Notes under the pieces: generated by a model
Databases searched by the model: none
Told to the model about the DNA's origin: nothing
Seen by the model: the letters and a program-made list of their open reading frames with translations, nothing else
In this document: positions 10,717-21,676 of the stretch, piece by piece
Layout: each line of letters starts with the position of its first letter
Numbering within the stretch: the first letter of the stretch is position 1
Made by a program: the position numbers and the translations under genes
DNA from: an uncultured Desulfosarcina sp.
GTDB taxonomy: Bacteria > Desulfobacterota > Desulfobacteria > Desulfobacterales > Desulfosarcinaceae
DNA: 64,000 nucleotides
Direction: 5' to 3'
NCBI GenBank assembly: GCA_963674945.2
Contig: CAXXWQ010000003.1
Span: forward strand, 832,001-896,000

Positions 10717-12282
10717 GTACGCATTCACAGGGTAACACCCATTGGATTAAATCCAGGAAAGGTTTGGCTCTAAATTTCGAAAATAGGAAGTAATGCACTC
10801 CACGAGAAAAGGAAAAGTCTGCTTTGCTTGTAAGCGACAGGTTTCTTTCAGTGACAATATCCGCTCAACCCAACGGTTTCCTTTCTCGCTTTGGGTGCCA
10901 AGGCTTCGTTTCCGCCACAATACACCAAAGCGTAGCGCTCTTTCGGCACGATTGTTTGTGGGATCGACGCCCTTGTGATCCATAAACACCCATAGGTTGT
11001 TCATTTCCCGGATGATCTGCCGAGCGAGTTTTCCTGCATCCGTTTTATCGGGTTCCCAAAGGGACACGGTAAACAAGAAGAATGTATAAAAATCCGACCA
11101 TTGCTTTGGGTCGGGTGGCTCTTTGGCAAACGATACCAGTTGTCTCAACCAAGCGGCGACGATTTCTCCGAAGCGACGTAAATCCGGCTTCTTTCTCTCC
11201 GCCAGAGAATCGGCCTTACGGATTAGATGAGCCAGGCACGTCTGGCGGTGAACCCATTTTTGATACAGGCCGTAACCGTCGCTGACCAGAATGCCGTTCC
11301 AGTCCTGGATGAGTGCTTCGAAAGCCACCTTGGAGCGATGCGGGTCTATGCGATAGAAAGCAACCCGCTCGTTGACCATGGCCCACAGCCAGTGCAGATC
11401 GTTTTCTGTAAACCAGGAGGTCTCATCGATATAATTGCACCAGAAACTTCTGGCGATACCCCCGATACGTTCATACACAGGCAAAATCGCCATTGAAGTG
11501 CGGTCAACGATTTTTTGGATCGTCCCCGTAGCAATGGGAATGTCTAACACAGAGTCGCATAACTGCTTTACGTCCATTCGGCTCATCCCTTTAATACCGC
11601 TTAATTCACCAACAAATGCGGTAAATCGGGGACCGTATCCGCTCGACAGGGCAGATGGCAGCTTGGCTTTGACAACCTTCCCGCAATTGGGGCAATCGCA
11701 CTTGTGCAGAATATAGTGGCTGACTTCCATTTCGATTTTGGGAAGTTCGATCTGTTGATGGGTGTAAAAAGGCTTCATCTTTTCCTGATCGAACACCGAA
11801 TGACCACAACTGCAGCATTTTGGCATCAACGAATGTTGCTTTGTCGGCTCGAGCAGTTGTTGCTGGTGCGGTTTGTGTCCTTTTTGTCCGCCTTTGGATC
11901 GCTTGCTCTTTTTCTGTTTTCTTTTCTGCTTGCTAAAAGGCGGATCGGATGAGGGCGGTTTACTGGAATTACGAGAATTCATTTTGGTCTGGACTTCAAG
12001 TTTCTCTATGCGTTTTTCATGGGTCTCAACCCATTTTTGCATATCATGAAGCGCCTGTTCCAGATATAGGATGTAATTTCTCACCGCCTCTGGTGTCAGT
12101 TGCCAATCGAGTTCTGAAAATGGTCTTTTGAGTGCCATGAAAAGCACTCTAACATAGTTAAAAGAAAAAATCTAGATTTATTTTAAATTATTTCAGGCAG
12201 TTACGGTGCACACAATTTATGCTTTGTTTTCAATGGGTTAAAGGCCATGATGTCAGCCCTAAAATGCCCCGTGAACGGTTAC
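10717..12282 (-). mobile_element. IS66-family element, single-ORF type
   Basis: Imperfect IRs GTACGCATTCACAGGG / GTAACCGTTCACGGGG; 8-bp TSD ACAAAATA at 10709-10716 and 12283-12290. Confidence 0.92.
10747..12147 (-). CDS. IS66-family transposase
   Basis: NSRNSSKPPSSD, GGQKGH, zinc finger, IDETSW, LVSDGY, QTCLAHLIR, TNNRAERALR. Confidence 0.93.
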   Translation of the reverse strand: MLFMALKRPFSELDWQLTPEAVRNYILYLEQALHDMQKWVETHEKRIEKLEVQTKMNSRNSSKPPSSDPPFSKQKRKQKKSKRSKGGQKGHKPHQQQLLEPTKQHSLMPKCCSCGHSVFDQEKMKPFYTHQQIELPKIEMEVSHYILHKCDCPNCGKVVKAKLPSALSSGYGPRFTAFVGELSGIKGMSRMDVKQLCDSVLDIPIATGTIQKIVDRTSMAILPVYERIGGIARSFWCNYIDETSWFTENDLHWLWAMVNERVAFYRIDPHRSKVAFEALIQDWNGILVSDGYGLYQKWVHRQTCLAHLIRKADSLAERKKPDLRRFGEIVAAWLRQLVSFAKEPPDPKQWSDFYTFFLFTVSLWEPDKTDAGKLARQIIREMNNLWVFMDHKGVDPTNNRAERALRFGVLWRKRSLGTQSEKGNRWVERILSLKETCRLQAKQTFPFLVECITSYFRNLEPNLSWI

Positions 12283-12298
12283 ACAAAATAAACTCAAA

Positions 12299-12595
12299 TT
12301 AATAATTGGAACTGATCCTGACAGTAGCAGTTTCCCCGGTGTTGCACACCAATGCTATTTTTTTGCACTGAACCTTCATTTTGACAAGACCATCGGCAAC
12401 CTTCAGTTTGAAATCATCCGTAGTCGCCCCGTCTTTATCAAACGCGAGAAAAACATCATTCGCCCCGTCATTCCGCAAATAAAGTGTCTTGGAGGCGGGA
12501 TTCAGCTCTTGAATTTGGGATACCTGGGTCGCACTTACGACATGGCTGTCAACATCAGAACGATAAAGCTGATCGGTTAAAGAATAGTGCCTCAT
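12299..12595 (-). CDS. Small hypothetical virion-associated protein (last gene of tail operon)
   Basis: ATGA overlap with upstream stop; 98 aa (MRHYSLTDQ...). Confidence 0.55.
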   Translation of the reverse strand: MRHYSLTDQLYRSDVDSHVVSATQVSQIQELNPASKTLYLRNDGANDVFLAFDKDGATTDDFKLKVADGLVKMKVQCKKIALVCNTGETATVRISSNY

Positions 12596-13269
12596 TTTGC
12601 CATCCCTCCCTTTTTTGTCATTATGCTTCTCAATGTAATTTCCGGCGCTGAATCGACATGCCTTACCGTGTCCCACTCGAATGCACTGATTTCATCCATT
12701 GTCGTCATGGATTCAATGCTGCCTTTGATCGAATAATAATCATCCAGCACTGATTGGATCCATTCCAGGACATTTACAGCATCGGCCTTGATATCCGCCG
12801 AACTGTTTGGAGTCATCAACAGAAATTGTAATGAAGCCTGAGTGTAAAGATCGTATCGTTCTGTGATAAGCTGGATAAGGGCTGCTTTCAATCTCTCTGT
12901 TTTCTCGGTTTTTAAAGCATCGATATCGTCAATCCATTCCTCTTTCGTTTCATCCCACTTACTGGTTTTTCCGGGCCTGCTCTCTGTCAAATTTCCATCT
13001 GGAGCAACCCCCAATTCCGCAATTTTCACTTCCTCTTTCGTATCGATGCGAAAAAAAGTTTCCCCTCTGTAATCCGGGACAACCGACCATTTTCCATTTT
13101 GAAAAACTGCTTTTTCATTCTCACCAGTGGCAGGAGGTTCTTCAAAAGTGGCACAGGCCGGCAAAAGAAAAACATTTTCCTTTCTTAACGCCGTTTCCAT
13201 CGGATCCAACCTCGCTTCGCTGCACGAGGTAAATTCATTGGTCTTTCGATCATAATTAAAAATTTTCAT
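12592..13269 (-). CDS. Tail-fibre assembly chaperone (Tfa-like)
   Basis: LPACATFEEPP..AVF..GKW..VPDYRGE pattern; directly follows fibre gene. Confidence 0.7.
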   Translation of the reverse strand: MKIFNYDRKTNEFTSCSEARLDPMETALRKENVFLLPACATFEEPPATGENEKAVFQNGKWSVVPDYRGETFFRIDTKEEVKIAELGVAPDGNLTESRPGKTSKWDETKEEWIDDIDALKTEKTERLKAALIQLITERYDLYTQASLQFLLMTPNSSADIKADAVNVLEWIQSVLDDYYSIKGSIESMTTMDEISAFEWDTVRHVDSAPEITLRSIMTKKGGMAK

Positions 13270-13283
13270 AATAACTCCACCTC

Positions 13284-14681
13284 TTAAAAATAACAGATCA
13301 AAAACATCACATTGACATTTCGCGGGCGCGCCTCATCCCCGCCAGAAGCACCTGTGCTTACCGAGGATGTATTAGCCCATCCAACGCCAGCGCCGCTTAA
13401 ACCGGCCAAAAGCTCATAATATTCATTCACTGTATGAGAATGTGTTTTATTTTGACTCATTTGTTTTGTTCCGACATTATCACCAGTCGTTCCGTCACCG
13501 CGATCGGTTCGAGAAAGTCTATCCGGATCATGCACGGTGCCGTGAGACCATCCACGAATAAATTCACCACGAAGATCGGGAAGGTTAAAAGTAGTCGAAC
13601 CGTCGCCGATACCGTAAGTCGTTCCAATGGCGGCAAAAAGAGCCGCATATGTCGTTCTGCTGACTGCGGAGCCATCACATTCCAGAAAACCCGCCGGTAC
13701 CGTCGATATCGAGCACACAAATATCATCCCGGTGAATCCGCCATACAATCTGTCTCGAATATCCTGTAGCGGCATCGGGAAAATCGTATTATTGTGCGAT
13801 GCTGATTCTCCAATTTCAACTTGGGCACAGATATAATTTATCGGATTTAAGGGCGGCCCTTCTCCTTCGGCTCGAACGTATCGACACCTGATATCACCAC
13901 TGGTATCGCGCCGGACAATCGCTTCTGCGATATTTTGCCACCTTGCACCATGGGGGCCGACAAGCGTTCCACCGCCGTCTATGTCAGCAACATGATCAAT
14001 CAACGTAGGAGACACTACCCGCTCGTCAACGATCATCGATGAATCTATAATAGAACTCATCAATCGATTCAAAGTTGCGATATGACAGGTGACATGTTGT
14101 ATGTTATTTCCATCGACGTAATCTCCGGGGGTAGTACCATTTTCGGCGACCTTGACTTCCCATCTCAAAGCGATCCGCCGGCTGGTTTCCAGGTTGATCG
14201 TGGTGTCTTTCATGTCGGAATCTTCCGACGAATCCACTTCATCATAGTAGACATCCAGATAAACCTCATCCGTCCGGCTGCCGGCAGGAGTTGTAAGGGT
14301 AGCCGCCCCGGATTGATCCGTATATTCAATTGAACTTGGAATGATCGGCATCCATCCCTTAACGAACATGAAACCGGCACCTGCGGGTGTTCCATCACCG
14401 CCAGTAATCGTGAAATTATTCACGTTACTGGTGCCCGATTCCACAATCTTGAAACCATTGTTCGTCGTACCGTTACCGAAAATTCGCTGGATGAACCGAC
14501 GAAGAAGCTGCAAAAAAATCTCACCTTGTTCATTCAATTCAAAATCGAGCAATGGGATATTAACCAAGGTTCCCGGCTCCCGAAACATTTTGGCGACCAG
14601 CATATACATTTTGGACTCATCAAAATTCCAATTGCTGTATTCACCACCCCAATCGGTTCCAATTTTACCTGTAAATGGCAT
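13284..14681 (-). CDS. Tail fibre protein with tail-collar domain
   Basis: PAGFLECDGSAVSRTTYAALFAAIGTTYG.GDGSTTFNLPDLRGEFIRGW collar motif; HSH and EARPRNV at C-terminus. Confidence 0.88.
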   Translation of the reverse strand: MPFTGKIGTDWGGEYSNWNFDESKMYMLVAKMFREPGTLVNIPLLDFELNEQGEIFLQLLRRFIQRIFGNGTTNNGFKIVESGTSNVNNFTITGGDGTPAGAGFMFVKGWMPIIPSSIEYTDQSGAATLTTPAGSRTDEVYLDVYYDEVDSSEDSDMKDTTINLETSRRIALRWEVKVAENGTTPGDYVDGNNIQHVTCHIATLNRLMSSIIDSSMIVDERVVSPTLIDHVADIDGGGTLVGPHGARWQNIAEAIVRRDTSGDIRCRYVRAEGEGPPLNPINYICAQVEIGESASHNNTIFPMPLQDIRDRLYGGFTGMIFVCSISTVPAGFLECDGSAVSRTTYAALFAAIGTTYGIGDGSTTFNLPDLRGEFIRGWSHGTVHDPDRLSRTDRGDGTTGDNVGTKQMSQNKTHSHTVNEYYELLAGLSGAGVGWANTSSVSTGASGGDEARPRNVNVMFLICYF

Positions 14682-14689
14682 GTGACCTC

Positions 14690-15559
14690 CTATAGATATT
14701 CACTCGAATAGCTTCCACTATCTTTCCAAAAAACCTTGGGCCGATATCCGGCAGCTTTAATCCTGTAAACCAATATTTTAAGTTCTGCTTTTTGCTCAGA
14801 TGTCCAACCGACATAAGTGCCATTTGGAAAGAACAAGCCAAAAGCCGCACGTTCAACACTGATTAGATCACTATCGAAAATCGGATAGCTTGCATTATGA
14901 ACCGGGGTTGACGAATTGTTCATCCACATCATTGTCCCGTAAACCTGATTCAGATCTTTGACTTCAATTTCATACCCGTAGAATCGCTCCAGAATCATTT
15001 CCATAGCGATATTATTGCTTTTGGGCAGCCTTATCTCATTGATAATTCGTTGACCGTAATCGATATCAGTTTCACCAGTCGATCGGGCGATGTTGAAATA
15101 CTCTCCCCAATAATCCAGGGCGAGACCGGTCGCGCTCGGTATGCTCAAATGGCGAAGCATCTCGTAACCGGCCTCCTCCGCCTGTCGCAATTCGTTGGCG
15201 ATAGGATCAAAGAAAGCAAAAAGCGGATTAGTGTAAGCGTATGCCCAATCCTCGCTTGAGTTCTCCACCTCAATAAGCGCCAAAGCCGATACATTCGTCA
15301 TGGCCGCCGGCGAACTTGCAGCATAACCGAAAACCGCATCAATGGCCGTCGCCACCTCGCCGATCGTCCTTCCTTCGAGGGTGATTTCAAAATCAGCGGT
15401 ATATTTCCCGAAGATCCTCGCGCTGATCACCCCATCTTTGACGGTGAATGTCATCCCGGCAGCCGGATCGCTGTAACTCAGCGCCAAAGCGTACTTGACC
15501 ATCGGATCCACATTGAAATAAGTCGGGAGAAAATCCAGAAGACGTTTTAGAACACTCAT
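14690..15559 (-). CDS. Baseplate wedge protein (P2 gpI-like)
   Basis: SATGLALDYWGEYFNIAR..GETDIDY..RII motif; follows baseplate J. Confidence 0.7.
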   Translation of the reverse strand: MSVLKRLLDFLPTYFNVDPMVKYALALSYSDPAAGMTFTVKDGVISARIFGKYTADFEITLEGRTIGEVATAIDAVFGYAASSPAAMTNVSALALIEVENSSEDWAYAYTNPLFAFFDPIANELRQAEEAGYEMLRHLSIPSATGLALDYWGEYFNIARSTGETDIDYGQRIINEIRLPKSNNIAMEMILERFYGYEIEVKDLNQVYGTMMWMNNSSTPVHNASYPIFDSDLISVERAAFGLFFPNGTYVGWTSEQKAELKILVYRIKAAGYRPKVFWKDSGSYSSEYL

Positions 15560-15566
15560 TTTTCAC

Positions 15567-16691
15567 CTATTCATATGAAAGAGATACGGTTCCTTTGGCG
15601 CAGATGTAATTCCAATCACTTGGGACGACATTCACCGCCGGAGCGGTCAGCTCGACATCGAGAACGCCCTCCATCTCCATGATCTCGTTGAGAAGCCTCG
15701 CCCAGACAAGAGTCTGTCCGATTTCAAGGCTCTGGAAATAGGTATCGATGGCGGTTTCGATATTCGAATCGACCATCGCTTCGGTGTAATCAGTCTTCAA
15801 CGTGATCGTTGCGGTCACATCCACCGTATCGATACTGACTGCATAGACCTTCAACACACAGCCCGCCGCTTTCTGGCCAGGCACCTTGACTCCATCTTCA
15901 TTCATATATCCGTGAAGAACCGTGCTGACTTCGGTGAGCAGATCCCCGCTGGCCCCGTTCACTCCATTCCAGAGATAGACATGAACTTCACCTACCGGGC
16001 CGGCCGGGTCTTCGTCCATACTCGGTTCGTGTACCAAGCTTTTCGATACTCTTTCGGTGATGGTTCCTGAATCGGTCAAATAGACCTGTGAGACCGCATA
16101 TTCGATAGAACCTTTGGTGGCTCGGGCCAATGTATTGAGCCATTTTTGAAAACGAACCTTGCGCTCGTTGGCCGTTTCTTCCTCCGTACCGTTGATGAAA
16201 GCGGAAGCGTTCGTAACCGATGCAATGCCACCAATGGCATCCACGATCACGGTGATCGTATTCACCAAACAATTTGAATCGGTCCCACTGATCGTCGCCG
16301 TGACCACGACATCGACGGTATTATCCCCATCTTCAAGAACAGTGTCGCTGTTCACAGTGTAGTAAAAAGACGAATTCAATACCTGTAGTCGTGTTCCCGC
16401 CGGAATAGTGATCTCTCCTGATCCCCCAGCCGTTCGGGTGAAAGTCACCAAGCCGGAAGCCGGGGTCGCCGCAAGCTTGTCGAAGCTGAACGATTTGTAA
16501 ATGGCAACCGGGACAGCCTCGTAAAGCCCCTTCAACAAAGATTGGTAATACTCATCGATCTCAACTGCCGCCGCTTCAAGAATGGTCCTGGTGACGCTCC
16601 CTTTGTTGAAATCCGTCAGTTTATTCGTTGTCGCCGTAATCCGGTTGATCATGGATGCAACGATCGAATCCGTATTTTTGATCTGAAACAT
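15567..16691 (-). CDS. Baseplate J-like protein
   Basis: TDFNKGSVTRTILEA, ASGLVTF, IPAGT, VTNASAFINGTEEET..RK.RF. Confidence 0.9.
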   Translation of the reverse strand: MFQIKNTDSIVASMINRITATTNKLTDFNKGSVTRTILEAAAVEIDEYYQSLLKGLYEAVPVAIYKSFSFDKLAATPASGLVTFTRTAGGSGEITIPAGTRLQVLNSSFYYTVNSDTVLEDGDNTVDVVVTATISGTDSNCLVNTITVIVDAIGGIASVTNASAFINGTEEETANERKVRFQKWLNTLARATKGSIEYAVSQVYLTDSGTITERVSKSLVHEPSMDEDPAGPVGEVHVYLWNGVNGASGDLLTEVSTVLHGYMNEDGVKVPGQKAAGCVLKVYAVSIDTVDVTATITLKTDYTEAMVDSNIETAIDTYFQSLEIGQTLVWARLLNEIMEMEGVLDVELTAPAVNVVPSDWNYICAKGTVSLSYE

Positions 16692-16693
16692 GA

Positions 16694-19123
16694 TTATTTC
16701 CCTCCGATCACGAAGTTTAAATCCGTCGGCGTGTTGGTCTCGATGGAATCAACCTGAATCGAGAACTTGATAGCGTCGCCAACCGCAAAAGAAGTCAATT
16801 CCCGGATATAGTCGAGTCGCGGCTCAAAGTTGATCGCTTCGATGATCGACGCCCTGGCAAGAGTATTGATCGCCGCCGTGTTTTTCTCTCCGATAATCGA
16901 CAGCAACCCGCACCCATATCGGGGATGAGTTGATAGGCTTTTGTAATCACTCTTGACCCGGTGCGTGATCGCTTGCTTCAGATTATCCAATCCGGAGACC
17001 ATCTCGATACCTCCGTTTTGGATGGACAGTGTACCGTCTTCTTTGAGCTTCACGTCCTGGCCGTAGACCTCACTTGCCGTTTGGATGATATTGCCCTTGT
17101 CTCCGGAAACCACCGGAATTTTCAAATGAGTTCCCGGAACCAAATGGGTCTGGCTTGTCTCTGTATTGAAAATCAGAATTTCAGCCCCGTTTGGAAACGC
17201 GATGCAAGGCTCAGTGGTCGTCACCTCTTTGGTCAGATAATCGACGTATTTCACGGTGTAGACCCGGGACTCGGTATCTTTGACGAGAAGAAGGTTGTAC
17301 CCCGGATAGATATTGCTGGCATCGACCACCGTTATCACTTCATCATCCGCGACCACTTCTACCGCCAAATTCGTTTCACCATCCAGTATCCCGTATTCAG
17401 TCAAATCCAGTTGCCGGGTTACGGTGATCGGCGCCGTGAAATTCTGGCTGAAGGTATCATGAAAGGTGATCGTATTTGTCACGATGGATTCGACCTTGAG
17501 GGCCTGCTTTTTCCCGAGAGAATCTTTGAGCAAGAGGGTATCGTTTTCCTTCGCGTAACTTCTCGGGACTGACAAAGCCAATTCGATAACCCGACTCCCT
17601 CCATACAGGTTCGAATTCACGATAAACGAAGTATATGGAAAAGAAGCCTCTTTCGCGTTTTCGATAAGGACATCATTGGCAGCGGCGATTTCATACCATC
17701 GAGAGATATCCCCGTATTCCCGGAAAGCGATACTCTGCAATGTTTCTCCGGGTTTCACGGTAACCGACTTGAATTGACTGATTTTTTTGAGATCTTCATC
17801 GGTGTCCGCTTCAACCATCAATTCAGGTTGAATCTCGATGGTTCCCATCGTATCGAGAATCGCATCGTAGCCCGCATCCACCCCGGAAATGGAACTGGTA
17901 TCCTGGGCGATCCCCGCCAGGTCCTGGAGCTTCTTCCCCAACGTGCTATCGATGACGATTGGTGTATTCGGCTGCTCAAAGGCGCTTTGCAGATTCGATT
18001 CTGTGTAAACGATCCCGATCACATCCCCCGAACCGTTCGCCTTGGATGCCTCGTTCAAAGCGACAATCCACTCTATGGCGTTCGCCGGACTATCGGCGAC
18101 AGTGCCAGATTGTATCCCGTGGGTAGCCGCACAATTCGTGATTCCGCAAACGCCGGAGAAATCCGGCAGCCATGATTCGGTTATTCCTTCTTTCAAGTAG
18201 CAGCCAAACTCTCCCACAACCGATGTCAATTCGTTCAGTTCGATGATCGCATCGAGGGGGAGCGCATTGATAAATGATTGAGTATCCCGGATAGCATCCA
18301 ACGTCAGTTTCACCGTATCCGTGACGCCACCCAAGAAATCGGCGATCTCCCCTACCCCGGATTTTGCATTTTCCAGAATAGACACGCCGCTGCCGATAAA
18401 TGCTGCCATGGTTTGACAGATCGGAGCTGTAAACGATTCGAGTTTAGCCACCATAGGCCCGACACGTTTTTTTAACCCGGACAACCAGTTTTGAGACTTG
18501 GGCACCGGGTCCAAGTCGACCACGGCTTCCTTGTTGATACCGTTCAGATCCGCCACGACGACGAAAGTGAGATCGTATTGGTACAGCAAAGGTTTCACCC
18601 GGCTCCGCAGCAACCGGAAATTCTGAGGAACCACTTGATAAGTCAGGCTATCAACGGAATTGACCACAACCAACTTAACATCATCCGGGTTATGACCATC
18701 TGCCTGTTTCTTCTGACGTTCGGCAAAATAGCGATCGATAAAATCCCGATGCAGCCGGCGAAACGCCTCATGGCCGTCAATGTTCTGATTTTTTATTCGC
18801 CTTGTGCGCCATCCTGTTATCCCTCGGATGGACAGTGTTGGAAGCCCGATTCCAAACTCATCGATGAAAGGTTCACCAAGGGTTTGGACCACCTGCACCC
18901 TCTCATTCCGGGAGACCGTAAATTCCTCGGGGTTAACCGGAAAGATGAACTCATTTTGGCTGCGGATATTCCCGCTGATCACACCATCCAAATACAGGCG
19001 CAAAATTACATTTTTCCCAAACTGACTATGCTGCGGTCCATTCGGATTCAAATTCGCATCTCGGCCGACTGAATCCAGCACTGCGGAAAGCCTTTTTATT
19101 TTCGTCAAACTGGGCGTTTCCAT
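16694..19123 (-). CDS. Multidomain baseplate protein: tube-initiator-like N-terminus, LysM, C-terminal gp25/gpW-like domain
   Basis: FPVNPEEF..VVQTLG at N-terminus; TVKPGETLQSIAFREYGDISRWYEIAAAN (LysM); GLDNLKQAI..HPRYGC..EPR (gp25-like). Confidence 0.7.
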   Translation of the reverse strand: METPSLTKIKRLSAVLDSVGRDANLNPNGPQHSQFGKNVILRLYLDGVISGNIRSQNEFIFPVNPEEFTVSRNERVQVVQTLGEPFIDEFGIGLPTLSIRGITGWRTRRIKNQNIDGHEAFRRLHRDFIDRYFAERQKKQADGHNPDDVKLVVVNSVDSLTYQVVPQNFRLLRSRVKPLLYQYDLTFVVVADLNGINKEAVVDLDPVPKSQNWLSGLKKRVGPMVAKLESFTAPICQTMAAFIGSGVSILENAKSGVGEIADFLGGVTDTVKLTLDAIRDTQSFINALPLDAIIELNELTSVVGEFGCYLKEGITESWLPDFSGVCGITNCAATHGIQSGTVADSPANAIEWIVALNEASKANGSGDVIGIVYTESNLQSAFEQPNTPIVIDSTLGKKLQDLAGIAQDTSSISGVDAGYDAILDTMGTIEIQPELMVEADTDEDLKKISQFKSVTVKPGETLQSIAFREYGDISRWYEIAAANDVLIENAKEASFPYTSFIVNSNLYGGSRVIELALSVPRSYAKENDTLLLKDSLGKKQALKVESIVTNTITFHDTFSQNFTAPITVTRQLDLTEYGILDGETNLAVEVVADDEVITVVDASNIYPGYNLLLVKDTESRVYTVKYVDYLTKEVTTTEPCIAFPNGAEILIFNTETSQTHLVPGTHLKIPVVSGDKGNIIQTASEVYGQDVKLKEDGTLSIQNGGIEMVSGLDNLKQAITHRVKSDYKSLSTHPRYGCGLLSIIGEKNTAAINTLARASIIEAINFEPRLDYIRELTSFAVGDAIKFSIQVDSIETNTPTDLNFVIGGK

Positions 19124-19133
19124 ATTTTCCTCA

Positions 19134-20294
19134 TCACGATGCTACTGTGTTTGTGGTAGCTACCATGCCGATCGCCGGCGGTGAAGCCAGGTTGGCAGTT
19201 TGATCCGGCTTGCTGGTAGGATTCCCATCCCCCTGTTCGGTATGAGTATGATTGTTAAGCCAAGTGTTCAGCGCCGTGATCAGGTCCACCAAATAGGTAT
19301 GGGTGCGTGAATCCAAAAGCGGCAAAGGCGTACCGCTTCCCAAGGAAACCGCAGGACTCACAACCGAAAAAGCCGGAGCGGTGACAGTTTTATTCCCCGT
19401 GAGCACTTCAGTTTGAGTTCCAACACCGGTTATGGTGATATTTCCACTCGCATCAATCGTAATGCTCGTTCCGGATGAATGACACAGATGAATCTGGACC
19501 GGCGAACTGGAGGCCGCCTCGGGTGGATCCGTCTCGCTATCCACTGACCCAATGGATACCGATTCAGCGGTCAATTCACCCGTATCGGGAGCGATCGAAA
19601 ACCAGGACCCTGTGTGATGGCAAATCTTGACTTCTCCATCATGTCCGATCCACACCCGGGTACCACTGGCATGCTGAAAGTAGAACCCTTTCCTGTCCTC
19701 TTTTTTCACGATGAAAGGCTGAGTATCTTTATCCCGATTTAACTGAGACAAATTAGTCAGAGACCGGCTCCCACCCGCCTTTACCACCTTCATATAACTG
19801 TTGTCGGGGTATCTGACTTCTTCCTCGCCCGAAACATCCTTTCCGCCGTTGGCTTTCACCGTGTCGCCGGTGATCCTGTGATATCGATCGGATTCATGTC
19901 GATCGATATGATGGTTGGCTCCAACCTCATTCGAAAAGGAGAGCTGGTTTTCCTCTGGATACCGGAACCCCAACACAATCGGCATGGTTCCGATCCCGGA
20001 AACAAATCCCACGATGGCAAAGATATCCCGGCCGCCGTATGCGATCGGTGCATCATATTCTTGTTCTTGATTCGTCTTCGGATTTTCCGGATCGGGTAAG
20101 TGGCTGATACCCGATGAAGTCGATACCATGGGGGCAAGCACCGGTACCGCCAGATGGACAGCCCCACCATTGATCATCGAAATATCCACCGTCTTTGCCG
20201 CCGCATCAACCCTGATCACCTTTCCCAACTGCAAGGTGTTCTGCCAATATTTAGGAGCCCGCTTTGGATTCCGTTCAAAACCCTTTTGCATCAT
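19134..20294 (-). CDS. Baseplate spike (gpV/gp5-like)
   Basis: OB-fold-like N-terminus (GKVIRVD...TVDI), HxSGT beta-helix repeats, terminal HTH metal-binding tip. Confidence 0.75.
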   Translation of the reverse strand: MMQKGFERNPKRAPKYWQNTLQLGKVIRVDAAAKTVDISMINGGAVHLAVPVLAPMVSTSSGISHLPDPENPKTNQEQEYDAPIAYGGRDIFAIVGFVSGIGTMPIVLGFRYPEENQLSFSNEVGANHHIDRHESDRYHRITGDTVKANGGKDVSGEEEVRYPDNSYMKVVKAGGSRSLTNLSQLNRDKDTQPFIVKKEDRKGFYFQHASGTRVWIGHDGEVKICHHTGSWFSIAPDTGELTAESVSIGSVDSETDPPEAASSSPVQIHLCHSSGTSITIDASGNITITGVGTQTEVLTGNKTVTAPAFSVVSPAVSLGSGTPLPLLDSRTHTYLVDLITALNTWLNNHTHTEQGDGNPTSKPDQTANLASPPAIGMVATTNTVAS

Positions 20295-21676
20295 TTCAGC
20301 GCCTGCCTCATAGCTTGGTCGGTATTATTGGCCATATCCCGGGTCTTCAAATAGCCGTCGCCCCGTTGCACTTCGACCGTCGTAAGAAAATGTTCCTGAT
20401 TATTCGTGAACGTCAACTCATGGCGAACGCCGACAATATAATATTCCGGGGTAACATTCGTTTGACGGTTGAAAATCATGTACCGCCCGGGCCTCAACTC
20501 CGCATTCCCTTTCAAAGTGAAGCTGCCGGATTCATAAGCGCTGTTGTATTTGAACGCCTCGTATAGCGCCAAGTTAAACTTTTCGGCAAGCTCCTGAGAA
20601 TTCACCATGTTCTTGATATCAAAATATTCACTGGTGTTTTCGAAGCGACGAAATCCAAACCGGTACGCCCCCGCATCCCTATCGGTGTATGGAATCATGT
20701 ACGGGTTTTTATTCAGATCTTCCTCGGTTTCCACATTCGGGAGAATACTTGCCTTGAACGGCGTTTTTGCTAAAATGGCATTCTGGACCGGGTAGGTGAA
20801 GAAATAGTTTTTTGTTTCGACATCGCTTCTTTGGAGATTGAAACTGACGATGCTCCCCGGAGGTATTTTGACCGATTCGCCGAGAGTCTTTTTATCGACT
20901 TCCGGATCAACGGCCTGAATATAATTACCATCCTTGTAATCTTTCCAGGGTGTTTCCCGAAAAACCAAATAGAAGCCATCCTCCAGATCGACGGTGAACA
21001 ATTCATTCCATGGGCTGTTGTCGAAGAACGACATCATATCCCATATCGAGCCGTCTTCCTGGGACAACGCGAATTGGTTCACTTCTCCAAGGATAGACGA
21101 ACTGGCCAGATATTTTATCTCCGGCAAGGCCGTCTGGGTCCGTCGGATTAACGAAAGCTGGTTCTTTGCCACATCGAACAGGGTTTTGATGATAGCTACA
21201 GGCTTGTCATCAACATTGTATCCGTATTTTTGCTCGAACTTCTTGAATCCAGGCAGATAGATCAATTGCAGATCTTTGGTGACTTCCTTGAGGTAATAGA
21301 TCCTGGTGATATCGAAAATCTTCCCCAGGTCGCTGCCCTGAATTGTATAAATTCGAATTGGTTTACCGTCATAATCCACCGAAGAAGTCATACCGACAGT
21401 TTCGACGAAGCCGCGCAAGACGATTGGAATTTTAGTGAGACGCCAATCACGGGTGAAACGGATCTCGATATAATCCATCGGGCTCGTGCGATAATACCAA
21501 GACGCCTTGTTCTTATCGAGACCCGGTAAAAGTTGAATCTCGAATTGTCCGGCATGCTGATAAAGACCTTTGGTGATCGTCAACCCTCGAACATGAGGTG
21601 TGAGATCGACCGCCTTTCCTTCCATGTAGGATTGTAGCGTTACCTTGCAACGAATTTTATCGACTTGGATCATCAT
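20291..21676 (-). CDS. Baseplate hub protein (gp27/gpD-like)
   Basis: Position between tape measure and spike; GSFTLKGNAELRPG..YYIVGVRH C-terminal pattern. Confidence 0.7.
   Translation of the reverse strand: MMIQVDKIRCKVTLQSYMEGKAVDLTPHVRGLTITKGLYQHAGQFEIQLLPGLDKNKASWYYRTSPMDYIEIRFTRDWRLTKIPIVLRGFVETVGMTSSVDYDGKPIRIYTIQGSDLGKIFDITRIYYLKEVTKDLQLIYLPGFKKFEQKYGYNVDDKPVAIIKTLFDVAKNQLSLIRRTQTALPEIKYLASSSILGEVNQFALSQEDGSIWDMMSFFDNSPWNELFTVDLEDGFYLVFRETPWKDYKDGNYIQAVDPEVDKKTLGESVKIPPGSIVSFNLQRSDVETKNYFFTYPVQNAILAKTPFKASILPNVETEEDLNKNPYMIPYTDRDAGAYRFGFRRFENTSEYFDIKNMVNSQELAEKFNLALYEAFKYNSAYESGSFTLKGNAELRPGRYMIFNRQTNVTPEYYIVGVRHELTFTNNQEHFLTTVEVQRGDGYLKTRDMANNTDQAMRQALK

Noticed and set aside
12592..14681. 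Diversity-generating retroelement or invertible fibre cassette
   Set aside because: No reverse transcriptase, template/variable repeat pair, or inverted fibre fragments seen.
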